Assembly: GCA_000166095.1 (NCBI GenBank)
Contig: CP002278.1
Span: forward strand, 450,001 to 482,000
Reading direction: 5' to 3'
DNA from: Methanothermus fervidus DSM 2088
GTDB taxonomy: Archaea > Methanobacteriota > Methanobacteria > DSM-2088 > Methanothermaceae
Length of the DNA stretch: 32,000 nucleotides
The translations under genes and the position numbers were made by a program. Below the pieces are notes generated by a model. It saw only the letters and a list, made by a program, of their open reading frames with translations, searched no databases and had not been told where the DNA came from. Below are positions 19,665 to 28,051 of the stretch, piece after piece (the stretch's first letter is position 1; every line of letters begins with the position of its first letter).

Positions 19665-20679
19665 ACAATTCTTGCCATGACCTTCTAAGAACTCCACGTG
19701 CTGCAGCCTCACCTACCATGTTTATAAGTTCTTTTGTAAGGCTTTGTGACGCAACAAAGTGTGTAGGATTTATTTTACCTTTCTTTTTCATTTCATTGAA
19801 TTCATCATTTATCGTAGACAAAGTTTTAAGTGCAGCTTTCAGTTCCTCTTGATCATCTTTAAGAAGCATTGATTTTGCGCATTTTACAATCATTTTTGGA
19901 TCTAAAATTTTTATTAATCCTTCTATTCCTGAAGATTCTACTAGAGATGCAATAGTATTTAGTGTCATTATTATCTGTTTTTCCACCATTTCTTTAGGGG
20001 CAGGAATTATCTTTGTTCCTACAGTGTAATAATCAAGTATCCCAGCCAATGTAACAGCAGTTACAAGAACACCCATATCTCCAACAGCAGAAGACACATC
20101 TGCAGGAACTAGGAAAACTTCTTTACCACAACTCTTAGCAAGCTCAACACATTTCCCAACCTGATCTTCAGAAGCTATTTCAAGCCCAAATGTAGTTTTC
20201 CCAGATATAACATAATGTCCATGCTGAGGTGTCCCTGGAACTGCTGCAGGATGTAAAGATGAAATTCCTAGATCTTTCCTCTCCCTAAATTCCCTCTCAA
20301 ATGTATAATAGATAACTAATGGCGAAGCTGTGCAAGTATTTGCAATAACAGACCCTTCTGGCAAATGTTTTATTATTTTTTTAACTATCTCATAAGTTCT
20401 TTTCCCAAATGGTGTGAAAAGTATTGCTACTTCAGCATCTTTCGCTGCTTCTTCATCTTTATCAGTTATTTCAACTCCAGCATCCTCAACTTTCTTCCAA
20501 TGTTCCTCTTCCATCACCTCTCTATTCTTCTCAGCTAGAACTACATCATGTCCAGCTTCTGAAAATTCTATTGCCATTCTACTTCCGCCAAATGGTGGTT
20601 CTCCACCAAATCTCTCCTGCAGCTTTAATATCTTTGTATAGAGATTTTGATTTCCAGCTCCATAAATTGCTATTTTCAT
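19654..20679 (-). CDS. Hmd-related protein (H2-dependent methylenetetrahydromethanopterin dehydrogenase-related family)
   Basis: MKIAIYGAGNQNLYTKILKLQERFGGEPPFGGSRMAIEFSEAGHDVVLAE..., EVFLVPADVSSAVGDMGVLVTAVTLAGILDYYTVGTKIIPAP. Confidence 0.8.
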   Translation of the reverse strand: MKIAIYGAGNQNLYTKILKLQERFGGEPPFGGSRMAIEFSEAGHDVVLAEKNREVMEEEHWKKVEDAGVEITDKDEEAAKDAEVAILFTPFGKRTYEIVKKIIKHLPEGSVIANTCTASPLVIYYTFEREFRERKDLGISSLHPAAVPGTPQHGHYVISGKTTFGLEIASEDQVGKCVELAKSCGKEVFLVPADVSSAVGDMGVLVTAVTLAGILDYYTVGTKIIPAPKEMVEKQIIMTLNTIASLVESSGIEGLIKILDPKMIVKCAKSMLLKDDQEELKAALKTLSTINDEFNEMKKKGKINPTHFVASQSLTKELINMVGEAAARGVLRRSWQELFKY

Positions 20680-20842
20680 TTTTTACACCTCATGAAAAAA
20701 CATGACAATTTATGAAATTTTTTTAAGAAATCTACTAAAAAATTTTGTGTTTATTCTTCCTATGAAATCCTGATATTGATGGGTTTAGAAAGTATTGAGA
20801 ACTCAAAAATTAGAAGTATAAAAAACAATGAAAAATTTTGAC

Positions 20843-22048
20843 TTATATATCTTTCTTGTAAATTTTACCTTCTTTCATCACTAATATTATGTTTTCTTTA
20901 TCACTAAGTACAGATATATCATCAAGTGGATTTTTTTTGACAACTATTATATCTGCAATTTTATTCTTTTCTATCGTTCCTATCTTATCCTCAAGTAAAA
21001 GACATTCGGCTGCAACTTTAGTCCCAGACTGTATTGCCTCCATAGGATCCATTCCTATTTCGCACATATATTCCAGTTCCTTAAGGTTGTTACCATGTTT
21101 AACAACACCAGAATCAGTTCCCATTACCATTTTTACTCCTTCTTCATAAGCTAATTCCATATTTTCTTTATGTACTTTGCTAATTTCCTTTGCTTGTTTT
21201 TTCATATAATTAGGAATATCTTTGTTTTCCTTTGAGTTGTATCTTGTAACAAGAAAAGTAGGAACTAAATATATGCCTCTTTCAATCATAAGTCTACAAC
21301 TTTTCCTGTCTATAAATGTTCCATGTTCTATTGAGTGTACACCTGCTTTAATGGCATTTAATATTCCCTTATTACCATGGGCATGGGCCATTACTTTTTT
21401 CCCTCTAAATTTCGCTTCCTCCACTATTGCTTGCAATTCCTCAATAGAAAATTGGACATCTTTAGGATGATCATTTGGACTTAATACACCACCACTCGTG
21501 GCAATTTTAACAAAATCAGCGCCTGCACGAATTACTTCACGTACTCTTTTACGAACTTCATCTACACCATCGCAAGTTGTCTTTGGCATTCCGGGATAGA
21601 AAAATGTTGTATCAATTCCTGATTTATAAGTACCATCAAAATGTCCACCTGTAGGTGAAAGTGGTGCAACAGTTATTAAAATTCTTGGCGATGGAAATAA
21701 ATTTTTTTCAGCTGCTAATTTAACTCCAAGGTCTGCAAAACCAGCATCTCTAACAGTAGTCACGCCAGCATCTAATGTTGCACGCATATTATTAATTGCT
21801 TCATAAAAATATAATGATAAAGGTTTTTCTATTCTTCTTTCATCATGACCATTCATCATTAAATGTACGTGTGCATCTATGAAACCTGGTAGAGCATATC
21901 CATCGTCTAGGTCAATTCCTTCCATTTTTTTAGTTGTTATTTCTTTTATTTTACCTTTTGAAATTACAATTGACCCATGATATGGTTCCCTTCCTGTGCC
22001 ATCGATTATATTTATGTTCGTTAGTATCATAGAGACCTCCACAAACAA
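20843..22048 (-). CDS. Metal-dependent amidohydrolase (prolidase/imidazolonepropionase-like)
   Basis: LPGFIDAHVHLMM, GVTTVRDAG, VMAHAHGNKGI, SIEHGTFID, VMGTDSG, GTIEKNKIADIIVVKKNPL. Confidence 0.9.
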   Translation of the reverse strand: MFVEVSMILTNINIIDGTGREPYHGSIVISKGKIKEITTKKMEGIDLDDGYALPGFIDAHVHLMMNGHDERRIEKPLSLYFYEAINNMRATLDAGVTTVRDAGFADLGVKLAAEKNLFPSPRILITVAPLSPTGGHFDGTYKSGIDTTFFYPGMPKTTCDGVDEVRKRVREVIRAGADFVKIATSGGVLSPNDHPKDVQFSIEELQAIVEEAKFRGKKVMAHAHGNKGILNAIKAGVHSIEHGTFIDRKSCRLMIERGIYLVPTFLVTRYNSKENKDIPNYMKKQAKEISKVHKENMELAYEEGVKMVMGTDSGVVKHGNNLKELEYMCEIGMDPMEAIQSGTKVAAECLLLEDKIGTIEKNKIADIIVVKKNPLDDISVLSDKENIILVMKEGKIYKKDI

Positions 22049-22050
22049 AA

Positions 22051-22458
22051 TTATTTTTTGATCATTTTAATTTTTCCATTTTTAATTTCAACTTCATGAC
22101 ATTTAGACAATTTTTCCATATCTTCTATTGTTATACCATCAACTAGAGGTATTTTAGCTATTATTGCACCAACTGCAACTATAGGTTCAGCTTTAATACA
22201 AATTATACCTGCAGGAGCTGTTTTATTTTTAGCTAGTTGGTAAAGCACATATGATCCGACTGTTGAACCTTTACCACCAGGTATAATTAAAATTTTATTT
22301 TTAATACTTTTGCCTTTTAATGGGTGTCGTGGATCAATCACTTTGCCCGTCTTTGGGTCAACGCCTCCAAGAAAACTCAGAGGTTCATTAGAAACGAGTG
22401 GTTTTCCTTTTGCATTTCCTTTTGAAATTACTCTAACATTCATATTACAACACTCCAA
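22051..22458 (-). CDS. Aconitase X swivel-domain protein (phosphomevalonate dehydratase small subunit-like, DUF126)
   Basis: SFLGGVDPKTGKVIDPRHPLKGKSIKNKILIIPGGKGSTVGSYVLYQLAKNKTAPAGIICIKAEPIVAVGAIIAKIPLVDG. Confidence 0.85.
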   Translation of the reverse strand: MECCNMNVRVISKGNAKGKPLVSNEPLSFLGGVDPKTGKVIDPRHPLKGKSIKNKILIIPGGKGSTVGSYVLYQLAKNKTAPAGIICIKAEPIVAVGAIIAKIPLVDGITIEDMEKLSKCHEVEIKNGKIKMIKK

Positions 22459-22464
22459 CTGAAT

Positions 22465-23700
22465 TTAAGCTACATCTTTTTTCATGACTTCTCTTAGAAC
22501 TGCAGTAGCATAACAACCTTTAGGAATTGAAAATTCAAGTAAAACACCATTACTTAAAGCTTCAACTTTTGTATCATATACTCTGAATCTTATCGGTCTT
22601 CTTATTCCATGTGTTCCTAACTTTGGTATTAATTCACACTTAAAGTCATTTAATTTTAAATTTTCTTCTTTTAAAACCTTTTTTTCTATTTTTCCAACCT
22701 TTCCACTAGCTAAAGGTACTTTAGTACCATAAAGAGGGGCTGTTGGATGTGCCTTGAATTCCTTTACTAATTTCTCAGCATTTTCAGTGTTAATGATTCT
22801 GTTTTGATTATTAACTAAAATATCTCCTTCTACATACTTATTTATACCAAGTTTACATCTTTCACTAACAACTTTATTGAAGAGATATGATTGATAAGCA
22901 TGGATAAACATTCGAGTTAGAGGTTTTGGGAGTGCCAAAATAGCTTTTAAATATGATTTATCGTCTAATTTTCCTTTTTTCTTATCTTTCAACAAAATTC
23001 TTAAAATTGTACGTTCATATTGTAATGTTTTTGGCATGGATTCGTAAGATTTCTCAATTTCACCTAAATCATATAATTTACGAGCTTTTTTAATTTTTTC
23101 AGGTTCACCAGGGAAAGGATTACCCACATAAAGATCTACAGCTTTTTTTAAATCATTCTTTATTAAAGCTTTACCAATTAAGTGAGTATTACTTCTTGGT
23201 TTTCCAAATCTTTGCCAACCATAATAATTAGGTACTCCAATTTCTGACAATGTTTTAAACGTTTTTTTGGCATCTTTAGCGGCATTTTTAGGATTTTTGA
23301 CATTTCTAACAATTATACGGAATTTATTGCCTATCAATTGTCCTAAACGCAATTTTTTTTCATGTCTTACAATTTTAAGAAATTTAACACCGCGAATTTT
23401 CAAATTTTTTATTTCATCCGGATCTATATTGCTAACACATATCCATTGTCTGGCTACAGCATACTTATCTTTCATCCCTGCAAATCCCATTCTTCTTCTG
23501 TCAATGTGCAACTTTTTTGCAATATCTATAACTACATCTAAAGTTGTTCTATTTCTCTTTTCTATCCATATCCATACATTTTGTCCTTTTCCACTAGGTT
23601 TAATTAGGGGGATTTCCTCTACATAAAAATCTTCAATTTTTTCTCTAATTTTCCCCCCAATTCCTCTAGTCTTTGTTACATATGTCTCAGCATTTAACAT
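22465..23700 (-). CDS. truD: tRNA pseudouridine(13) synthase TruD
   Basis: GGKIREKIEDFYVEEIPL, RRRMGFAGMKDKYAVARQWICV, VPNYYGWQRFG, FIHAYQSYLFNKVVSER. Confidence 0.92.
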   Translation of the reverse strand: MLNAETYVTKTRGIGGKIREKIEDFYVEEIPLIKPSGKGQNVWIWIEKRNRTTLDVVIDIAKKLHIDRRRMGFAGMKDKYAVARQWICVSNIDPDEIKNLKIRGVKFLKIVRHEKKLRLGQLIGNKFRIIVRNVKNPKNAAKDAKKTFKTLSEIGVPNYYGWQRFGKPRSNTHLIGKALIKNDLKKAVDLYVGNPFPGEPEKIKKARKLYDLGEIEKSYESMPKTLQYERTILRILLKDKKKGKLDDKSYLKAILALPKPLTRMFIHAYQSYLFNKVVSERCKLGINKYVEGDILVNNQNRIINTENAEKLVKEFKAHPTAPLYGTKVPLASGKVGKIEKKVLKEENLKLNDFKCELIPKLGTHGIRRPIRFRVYDTKVEALSNGVLLEFSIPKGCYATAVLREVMKKDVA

Positions 23701-23723
23701 TCTACCCTTCCTAAAATTTTGAA

Positions 23724-24053
23724 TTATTTAGTGGTCTGTTGTGTAAAAGACTGATGTCTGTTTGTTGATTTCCTTAAATAAATTTCACTGTAATTTTCTG
23801 TATTTCTCTGAGTTAAATTACTAGTTGAAGTATTTCCTTTTATTGTACTTTCTTTGTATTTTGGTTCTTTAATCATTACTGGAGTAAATGTCTTATCTTG
23901 AATTGGTATTATTTTATTTTCTCCACTTGTGGTTAATGGTATGAAACCTGGAAAAGTAAAATGTAAATATAAAGACAGAATTGAAGCCATTCCATATGCC
24001 AATAAAGATATTATCAAAATTGCGAATAAATTAGCACTTTTTTTCTCTTTCAT
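23724..24053 (-). CDS. Small membrane protein, unknown function
   Basis: Single N-terminal TM helix, extracytoplasmic Thr/Lys-rich tail; sits just downstream of the ABC exporter genes on the same strand. Confidence 0.5.
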   Translation of the reverse strand: MKEKKSANLFAILIISLLAYGMASILSLYLHFTFPGFIPLTTSGENKIIPIQDKTFTPVMIKEPKYKESTIKGNTSTSNLTQRNTENYSEIYLRKSTNRHQSFTQQTTK

Positions 24054-24076
24054 TTTTTCACTTCCTAAAAATTTCT

Positions 24077-24841
24077 CTATAGTAGATTTTGTTCTTTAAT
24101 ATCAAAAAGTATTGATGCAATTAAAATCATGGAAATAGAAAATAAAGAAATAATGCACAAATTGATCCAGAATGGGAACACTGATCTGTGGAGTATTATA
24201 AATCTCAATGCATCAACACCATAAGTTAGAGGATTAGCATATACAGCTCTTTGAAGCCATGTAGGCAATCCTGTTATGGGAAATAATGCGCCACTCAATA
24301 GGAAAATTGGCAAAACTATAAAACTCATCACAAGATTAAATCCTTCTGTACTTTCAGTTATTGCTGCAATCATAAGGCCTAAGCCACCAAAACCCATAGA
24401 AATTATAAAGGACAAAATAACACTGATGACAAATGATGTTAGAGTTATTTCAATATTTACTAAAAAAGACAGTGCCAATAAAATTACAGTTTGAATTACT
24501 GAGGCCGTACTAATCCCAAATGCTTTTCCTAAGATAATAGATGGTCTTGAAATTGGAGAAACTAATATTTCTTTTAAAAATCCGTATTGTCTATCTATAA
24601 CAACTGAAACTCCTGAAAACACGCTAGTAAAAAGTATGGTTTGTGCTATTATTCCAGGAAAAATGAAAGTTCTATATCCTCCTGGAATATTTGTGAATTT
24701 CACTGACATACCAAGACCAGTGCCAAATATAATCAACCACAAGAGAGGTGTAACTATTGAGGTAAGTATTCTTGATTTATAACGTAAAAATCTCTTTACT
24801 TCTCTTAACCATACAACATAAATGCCTTCAATTTCAGACAT
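24077..24841 (-). CDS. ABC-2 type transporter permease
   Basis: GIYVVWLREVKRFLRYKSRILTSIVTPLLWLIIFG..., SPISRPSIILGKAFG, PLSGALFPITGLPTWLQRAVYANPLTYGVDALR. Confidence 0.92.
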   Translation of the reverse strand: MSEIEGIYVVWLREVKRFLRYKSRILTSIVTPLLWLIIFGTGLGMSVKFTNIPGGYRTFIFPGIIAQTILFTSVFSGVSVVIDRQYGFLKEILVSPISRPSIILGKAFGISTASVIQTVILLALSFLVNIEITLTSFVISVILSFIISMGFGGLGLMIAAITESTEGFNLVMSFIVLPIFLLSGALFPITGLPTWLQRAVYANPLTYGVDALRFIILHRSVFPFWINLCIISLFSISMILIASILFDIKEQNLL

Positions 24842-24842
24842 C

Positions 24843-25769
24843 TCATCCTTCAGATATATATTTTTTAAATACTTCGTCGAGTGTGGGACGTTCTATTTTT
24901 ATCGATTTTATCTCAAAATTGTTCATATTTGCAAAATTCACTATTTTTGGTATGAGATTTTCTCCTCTCTCCACTATTATTTTTATAATTTTTTCATTGA
25001 GAAATGCTTCCTTTACTCCTTCAATGTCTTGAACTATTTTAACAAATTCTTTTGGCCTTTCAACTTTTGCAGTTATTGTATCACTTTTTAATTCATTTTT
25101 TAAACTTTCAGGAGTACCCACCTTTATTATCTTTCCCTTGTTCATTATAGCAACTTTGTCACACAGCTTATCTACCTCTTCCATATAATGAGTGGTAAGC
25201 AATATTGTGACTTTTTCTTCTTTGTTTAGGTATTTTATATATTCCCATATGCTCTCACGAGTTTGGGGATCTAATCCAAGTGTTGGTTCATCCAGAAACA
25301 ATACTTTTGGATGATGTACCAATCCCCTTCCAATTTCTAATCGACGCTTCATGCCTTCTGAATATGTTTTTACATAATCATCTGCTCTCTCCTCTAAATC
25401 TATAAGTTCTAAAATTTCATTTATCCGTTTTTCTCTAATATTTTTTGGAACACCATACAATGCCGCATGCATTTCAAGATGTTCTCTACCAGTTAACATG
25501 TCGTCAAGAGATCTAGATTGAAATACAATGCCAATGGAAGATCTCACTTTAGCAGCTTCATTTATAATATCATATCCATTAACTTTCGCTGTTCCACTAG
25601 TAGGGCGAAGTATTGTACATAACATGGATATTAAAGTTGTTTTACCAGCTCCATTCGGACCTAAAATTGCATAAATACTTTCTTTAGGTATTTGGATGTT
25701 TACATTGTCTACAGCTGTAAAATTTCCATATTTTTTAGTTATATTTTTTGTTTTGATTATGAATTTCAT
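24843..25769 (-). CDS. ABC transporter ATP-binding protein (daunorubicin-resistance/DrrA-like family)
   Basis: GPNGAGKTTLISMLCTILRPTSG, YSEGMKRRLEIGRGLVHHPKVLFLDEPTLGLDP, LTTHYMEEVDKLCD. Confidence 0.95.
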   Translation of the reverse strand: MKFIIKTKNITKKYGNFTAVDNVNIQIPKESIYAILGPNGAGKTTLISMLCTILRPTSGTAKVNGYDIINEAAKVRSSIGIVFQSRSLDDMLTGREHLEMHAALYGVPKNIREKRINEILELIDLEERADDYVKTYSEGMKRRLEIGRGLVHHPKVLFLDEPTLGLDPQTRESIWEYIKYLNKEEKVTILLTTHYMEEVDKLCDKVAIMNKGKIIKVGTPESLKNELKSDTITAKVERPKEFVKIVQDIEGVKEAFLNEKIIKIIVERGENLIPKIVNFANMNNFEIKSIKIERPTLDEVFKKYISEG

Positions 25770-26069
25770 TTTTATGAATCCTCCGTTCTACTATCTATTT
25801 TTGTTGAATCTATCTATTAAATTTCATTAAAACGTCAAATCATCCAAAAAATTGTAATAATTGTAAAAAGAAATTGTATAAAAATACTTCACAAAAATTA
25901 GAGTATTAAAGATCTCTCATTACATGTGAAAAGATCGTTATTTAACAGTTCACAAAAAGTAATGTTTTAATTTGTAAATTTTGGCAGCATGAAAATCTAT
26001 TTTATTTATAAACTTAACCGTAAAATTTAAATATAATTAGTATATAATATTAATCTTGGCCGAGGTGAA

Positions 26070-26140
26070 GCCGAGGTAGCTTAGGGGCAAAGCGGCGGAC
26101 TGCAGATCCGCTGACGTGAGTTCAAATCTCACCCTCGGCT
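26070..26140 (+). tRNA. tRNA-Cys (GCA)
   Basis: GCCGAGGTAGCTTAGGGGCAAAGCGGCGGACTGCAGATCCGCTGACGTGAGTTCAAATCTCACCCTCGGCT; anticodon loop CTGCAGA; CCA not encoded. Confidence 0.97.
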
Positions 26141-26155
26141 TTAAATTTTTCTTGT

Positions 26156-26290
26156 GGGGACATGGTGTAGTCAGGCCATCATCTGGGACTCCAGATGATT
26201 GATGAAAGGCGCGCTTCTGACCTGTGATGAAGATCTGGAGTCCTGAGCAGGGGAGATCCCAGGACCTGGGTTCAAATCCCAGTGTCCCCA
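26156..26290 (+). tRNA. tRNA-Trp (CCA) precursor with intron 26195-26255
   Basis: Exon 1 26156-26194 (...TGGGACTCCAG), exon 2 26256-26290 (ATCCCAGGACCTGGGTTCAAATCCCAGTGTCCCCA). Joined, they give a complete cloverleaf with a 37/38 junction. BHB motif: CUCC pairs with GGGG, with AG^A bulges on both sides. Confidence 0.95.
26195..26255 (+). ncRNA. Intronic box C/D guide RNA inside pre-tRNA-Trp
   Basis: Box C TTGATGA 26199-26205; D' guide AAGGCGCGCTT 26206-26216; D' CTGA 26217-26220; C' GTGATGA 26224-26230; D guide AGATCTGGAGTC 26231-26242; D CTGA 26243-26246. The D guide is complementary to GACTCCAGAT of the same pre-tRNA. Confidence 0.92.
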
Positions 26291-26323
26291 CTTTTTCTTT
26301 ATAACTGTTTTTTGGGGTCTAAA

Positions 26324-26956
26324 TTGGACATAGAAGATATTATAATCATACCTGGCAAAGATTATGATTCAAATATTTATGTAATAGACAATACTATAAT
26401 AGATACAGGCACTGGGCACAATAAAAACTATGTTTTTTCTAAAATGAAGAAAGCTGGAGTTGACCCTGAAGATATTAAATTGATCATAAATACTCATTGT
26501 CATTATGACCATATTGGTGGAAATTCTCTTTTTTCAGCTAAAATTGCAATACATAAAAAAGATTCTGAGGCTTTAGAGAAAGGAGACAAGATGGCAACTG
26601 TTTCATATTTATTTGGAGAAAAATGCCATCCCATGAAAGTTCATAAAAAACTAAAAGATGGGAATAAAATAGCTGGTTTTAAAGTTATACATACGCCAGG
26701 TCATACGCCAGGTAGCATATGCTTATTCTCAGATGGAATATTAATTTCTGGAGACACCATCTTTGCAAATGGAGGTTTTGGAAGTTGTGATTATCCTGGA
26801 GGCAATATGGAAGATCTAATAAATTCTATAAAGAAAATTAAATCTTATGATGTTGAATATTTGCTACCTGGTCATGGAGAAATTGTTAACAATGGAAATT
26901 TCCATATAAACTTAGCATTTAATAAAATTAAAAAACTATACAATTTTTTAAAGTAA
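26324..26956 (+). CDS. Metallo-beta-lactamase fold hydrolase (glyoxalase II-like)
   Basis: NTHCHYDHIGG, HTPGHTPGSICLFSDGILISGDTIF, LLPGHGEIV. The track start at 26282 lies inside tRNA-Trp; an in-frame TTG at 26324 (MDIEDIIIIPG) is more plausible. Confidence 0.85.
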   Translation: MDIEDIIIIPGKDYDSNIYVIDNTIIDTGTGHNKNYVFSKMKKAGVDPEDIKLIINTHCHYDHIGGNSLFSAKIAIHKKDSEALEKGDKMATVSYLFGEKCHPMKVHKKLKDGNKIAGFKVIHTPGHTPGSICLFSDGILISGDTIFANGGFGSCDYPGGNMEDLINSIKKIKSYDVEYLLPGHGEIVNNGNFHINLAFNKIKKLYNFLK

Positions 26957-27027
26957 GAATTTTGATTGCTAATTTATTAATAAATAATTTATAAATTGTT
27001 GGGATAAATTAATAAATGGAGATTTAA

Positions 27028-28050
27028 ATGGGGTTTAGAAAAAAAGTTCTTTCTTCTTTAGATCTTGACTTAAGTGAAGGCGCCTGTGGAATATGTCATG
27101 AAGTACTTAAAAGAATTTGTGAAAATGGTGGATTTACAAGATCTATTGAACTACCTGAAGGATGTTTTTCAGAAGTGGTAGATGACTCCGGTGAAGTAAT
27201 AGGGAAAGGCAAAGATATAACATGGGCGCCATCAATACTCAAAGCACAAATAGATGCAGAGTTGTTGCCATCAGATATTTCACACGATTTAAGTAAAGTA
27301 TTAACTTCTAAGATTGATTTAAAAAAAGTCTCAGAAATGTTTGGTTATGGTAGAGTTGTAACTCCTGCATCAATTGTAATATCAAAAATTTGGGAAAAGG
27401 GTGGATATGTAGAAATAAAAAAGGAAGGATTAGGTATTAAATCATTGTTATATGACTCTAATGATAAATTAATATCAGAAGCTGTTTCTTCTTTTTGTCC
27501 GGTTTGTGCAATAAATATTTCGGCTGCTAAAAATAAAAAAATTAGGAAAGAAATACAGGAAAAACTTAAGAACAGTGTAAACACTGGTAAAATAAAATAC
27601 CAAAGGAAAATGGTAAATATAATTGAATGGAAAAAAAGAAGAGTTTTTACAAGAATATTAGAAAAGGATAAACAAATAGGATTGAATTGGGGATGTTGTA
27701 TTGCTTATTCAACCGTTAGGGCTGAAATGGATGCTGGACTTGGCAGTAAAAAATTAAACAGACTTTTTCAGAATTATTGTGATAATTGTCCATTAAAGCA
27801 TTGCTGGCTTGGAAAACCAATAAGTGCTATTGGAAACAAAGTTTTAGAAAGAATAAAGAAAATTAATGTTAAGGAAATCGTTAAATACAAAAATTATATT
27901 ACTGTTGATCTGGTAGAGGACAATAAAATTATTGGACATGGCGTAGGAACTCTTTGTTCGTTAAGTGCATCTGCAAATGCATTATTAAGGTCTGATGCAA
28001 AAATAATTCTCAAGCCAAGTCCAGCAAAAGGTTTTCCACGTAGGGAATGA
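27028..28050 (+). CDS. Uncharacterised cysteine-rich protein, linked to the marker 8-like gene
   Basis: Cys clusters CGICHEVLKRIC, FCPVCAI, WGCC, YCDNCPLKHC. Stop at 28050 lies 1 nt before the next ATG. Confidence 0.8.
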   Translation: MGFRKKVLSSLDLDLSEGACGICHEVLKRICENGGFTRSIELPEGCFSEVVDDSGEVIGKGKDITWAPSILKAQIDAELLPSDISHDLSKVLTSKIDLKKVSEMFGYGRVVTPASIVISKIWEKGGYVEIKKEGLGIKSLLYDSNDKLISEAVSSFCPVCAINISAAKNKKIRKEIQEKLKNSVNTGKIKYQRKMVNIIEWKKRRVFTRILEKDKQIGLNWGCCIAYSTVRAEMDAGLGSKKLNRLFQNYCDNCPLKHCWLGKPISAIGNKVLERIKKINVKEIVKYKNYITVDLVEDNKIIGHGVGTLCSLSASANALLRSDAKIILKPSPAKGFPRRE

Positions 28051-28051
28051 T

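Noticed and set aside
20750-20830. Possible second C/D-like RNA (TATGAA...CTGA...TTGATGG...TTGAG)
   Set aside because: Only one convincing CTGA; the C, C' and D boxes are all degenerate. Not enough to call against the two strong examples.
25770-26069. 300-nt gap between the ABC transporter ATPase gene and tRNA-Cys as a possible ncRNA or array
   Set aside because: AT-rich with TATA-like stretches and only a short repeated cttcacaaaaa/gttcacaaaaa; consistent with divergent promoters. No guide boxes, no spaced repeats.
26037-26291. 84-aa minus-strand ORF (MGTLGFEPRSWDLPC...)
   Set aside because: Antisense translation of tRNA-Cys and tRNA-Trp; this FEPRS-type peptide is a classic spurious call over tRNA T-arms.
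26282-26323. Track start of the MBL-fold ORF
   Set aside because: Falls inside the 3' end of tRNA-Trp; the in-frame TTG at 26324 after GGGG is more likely.
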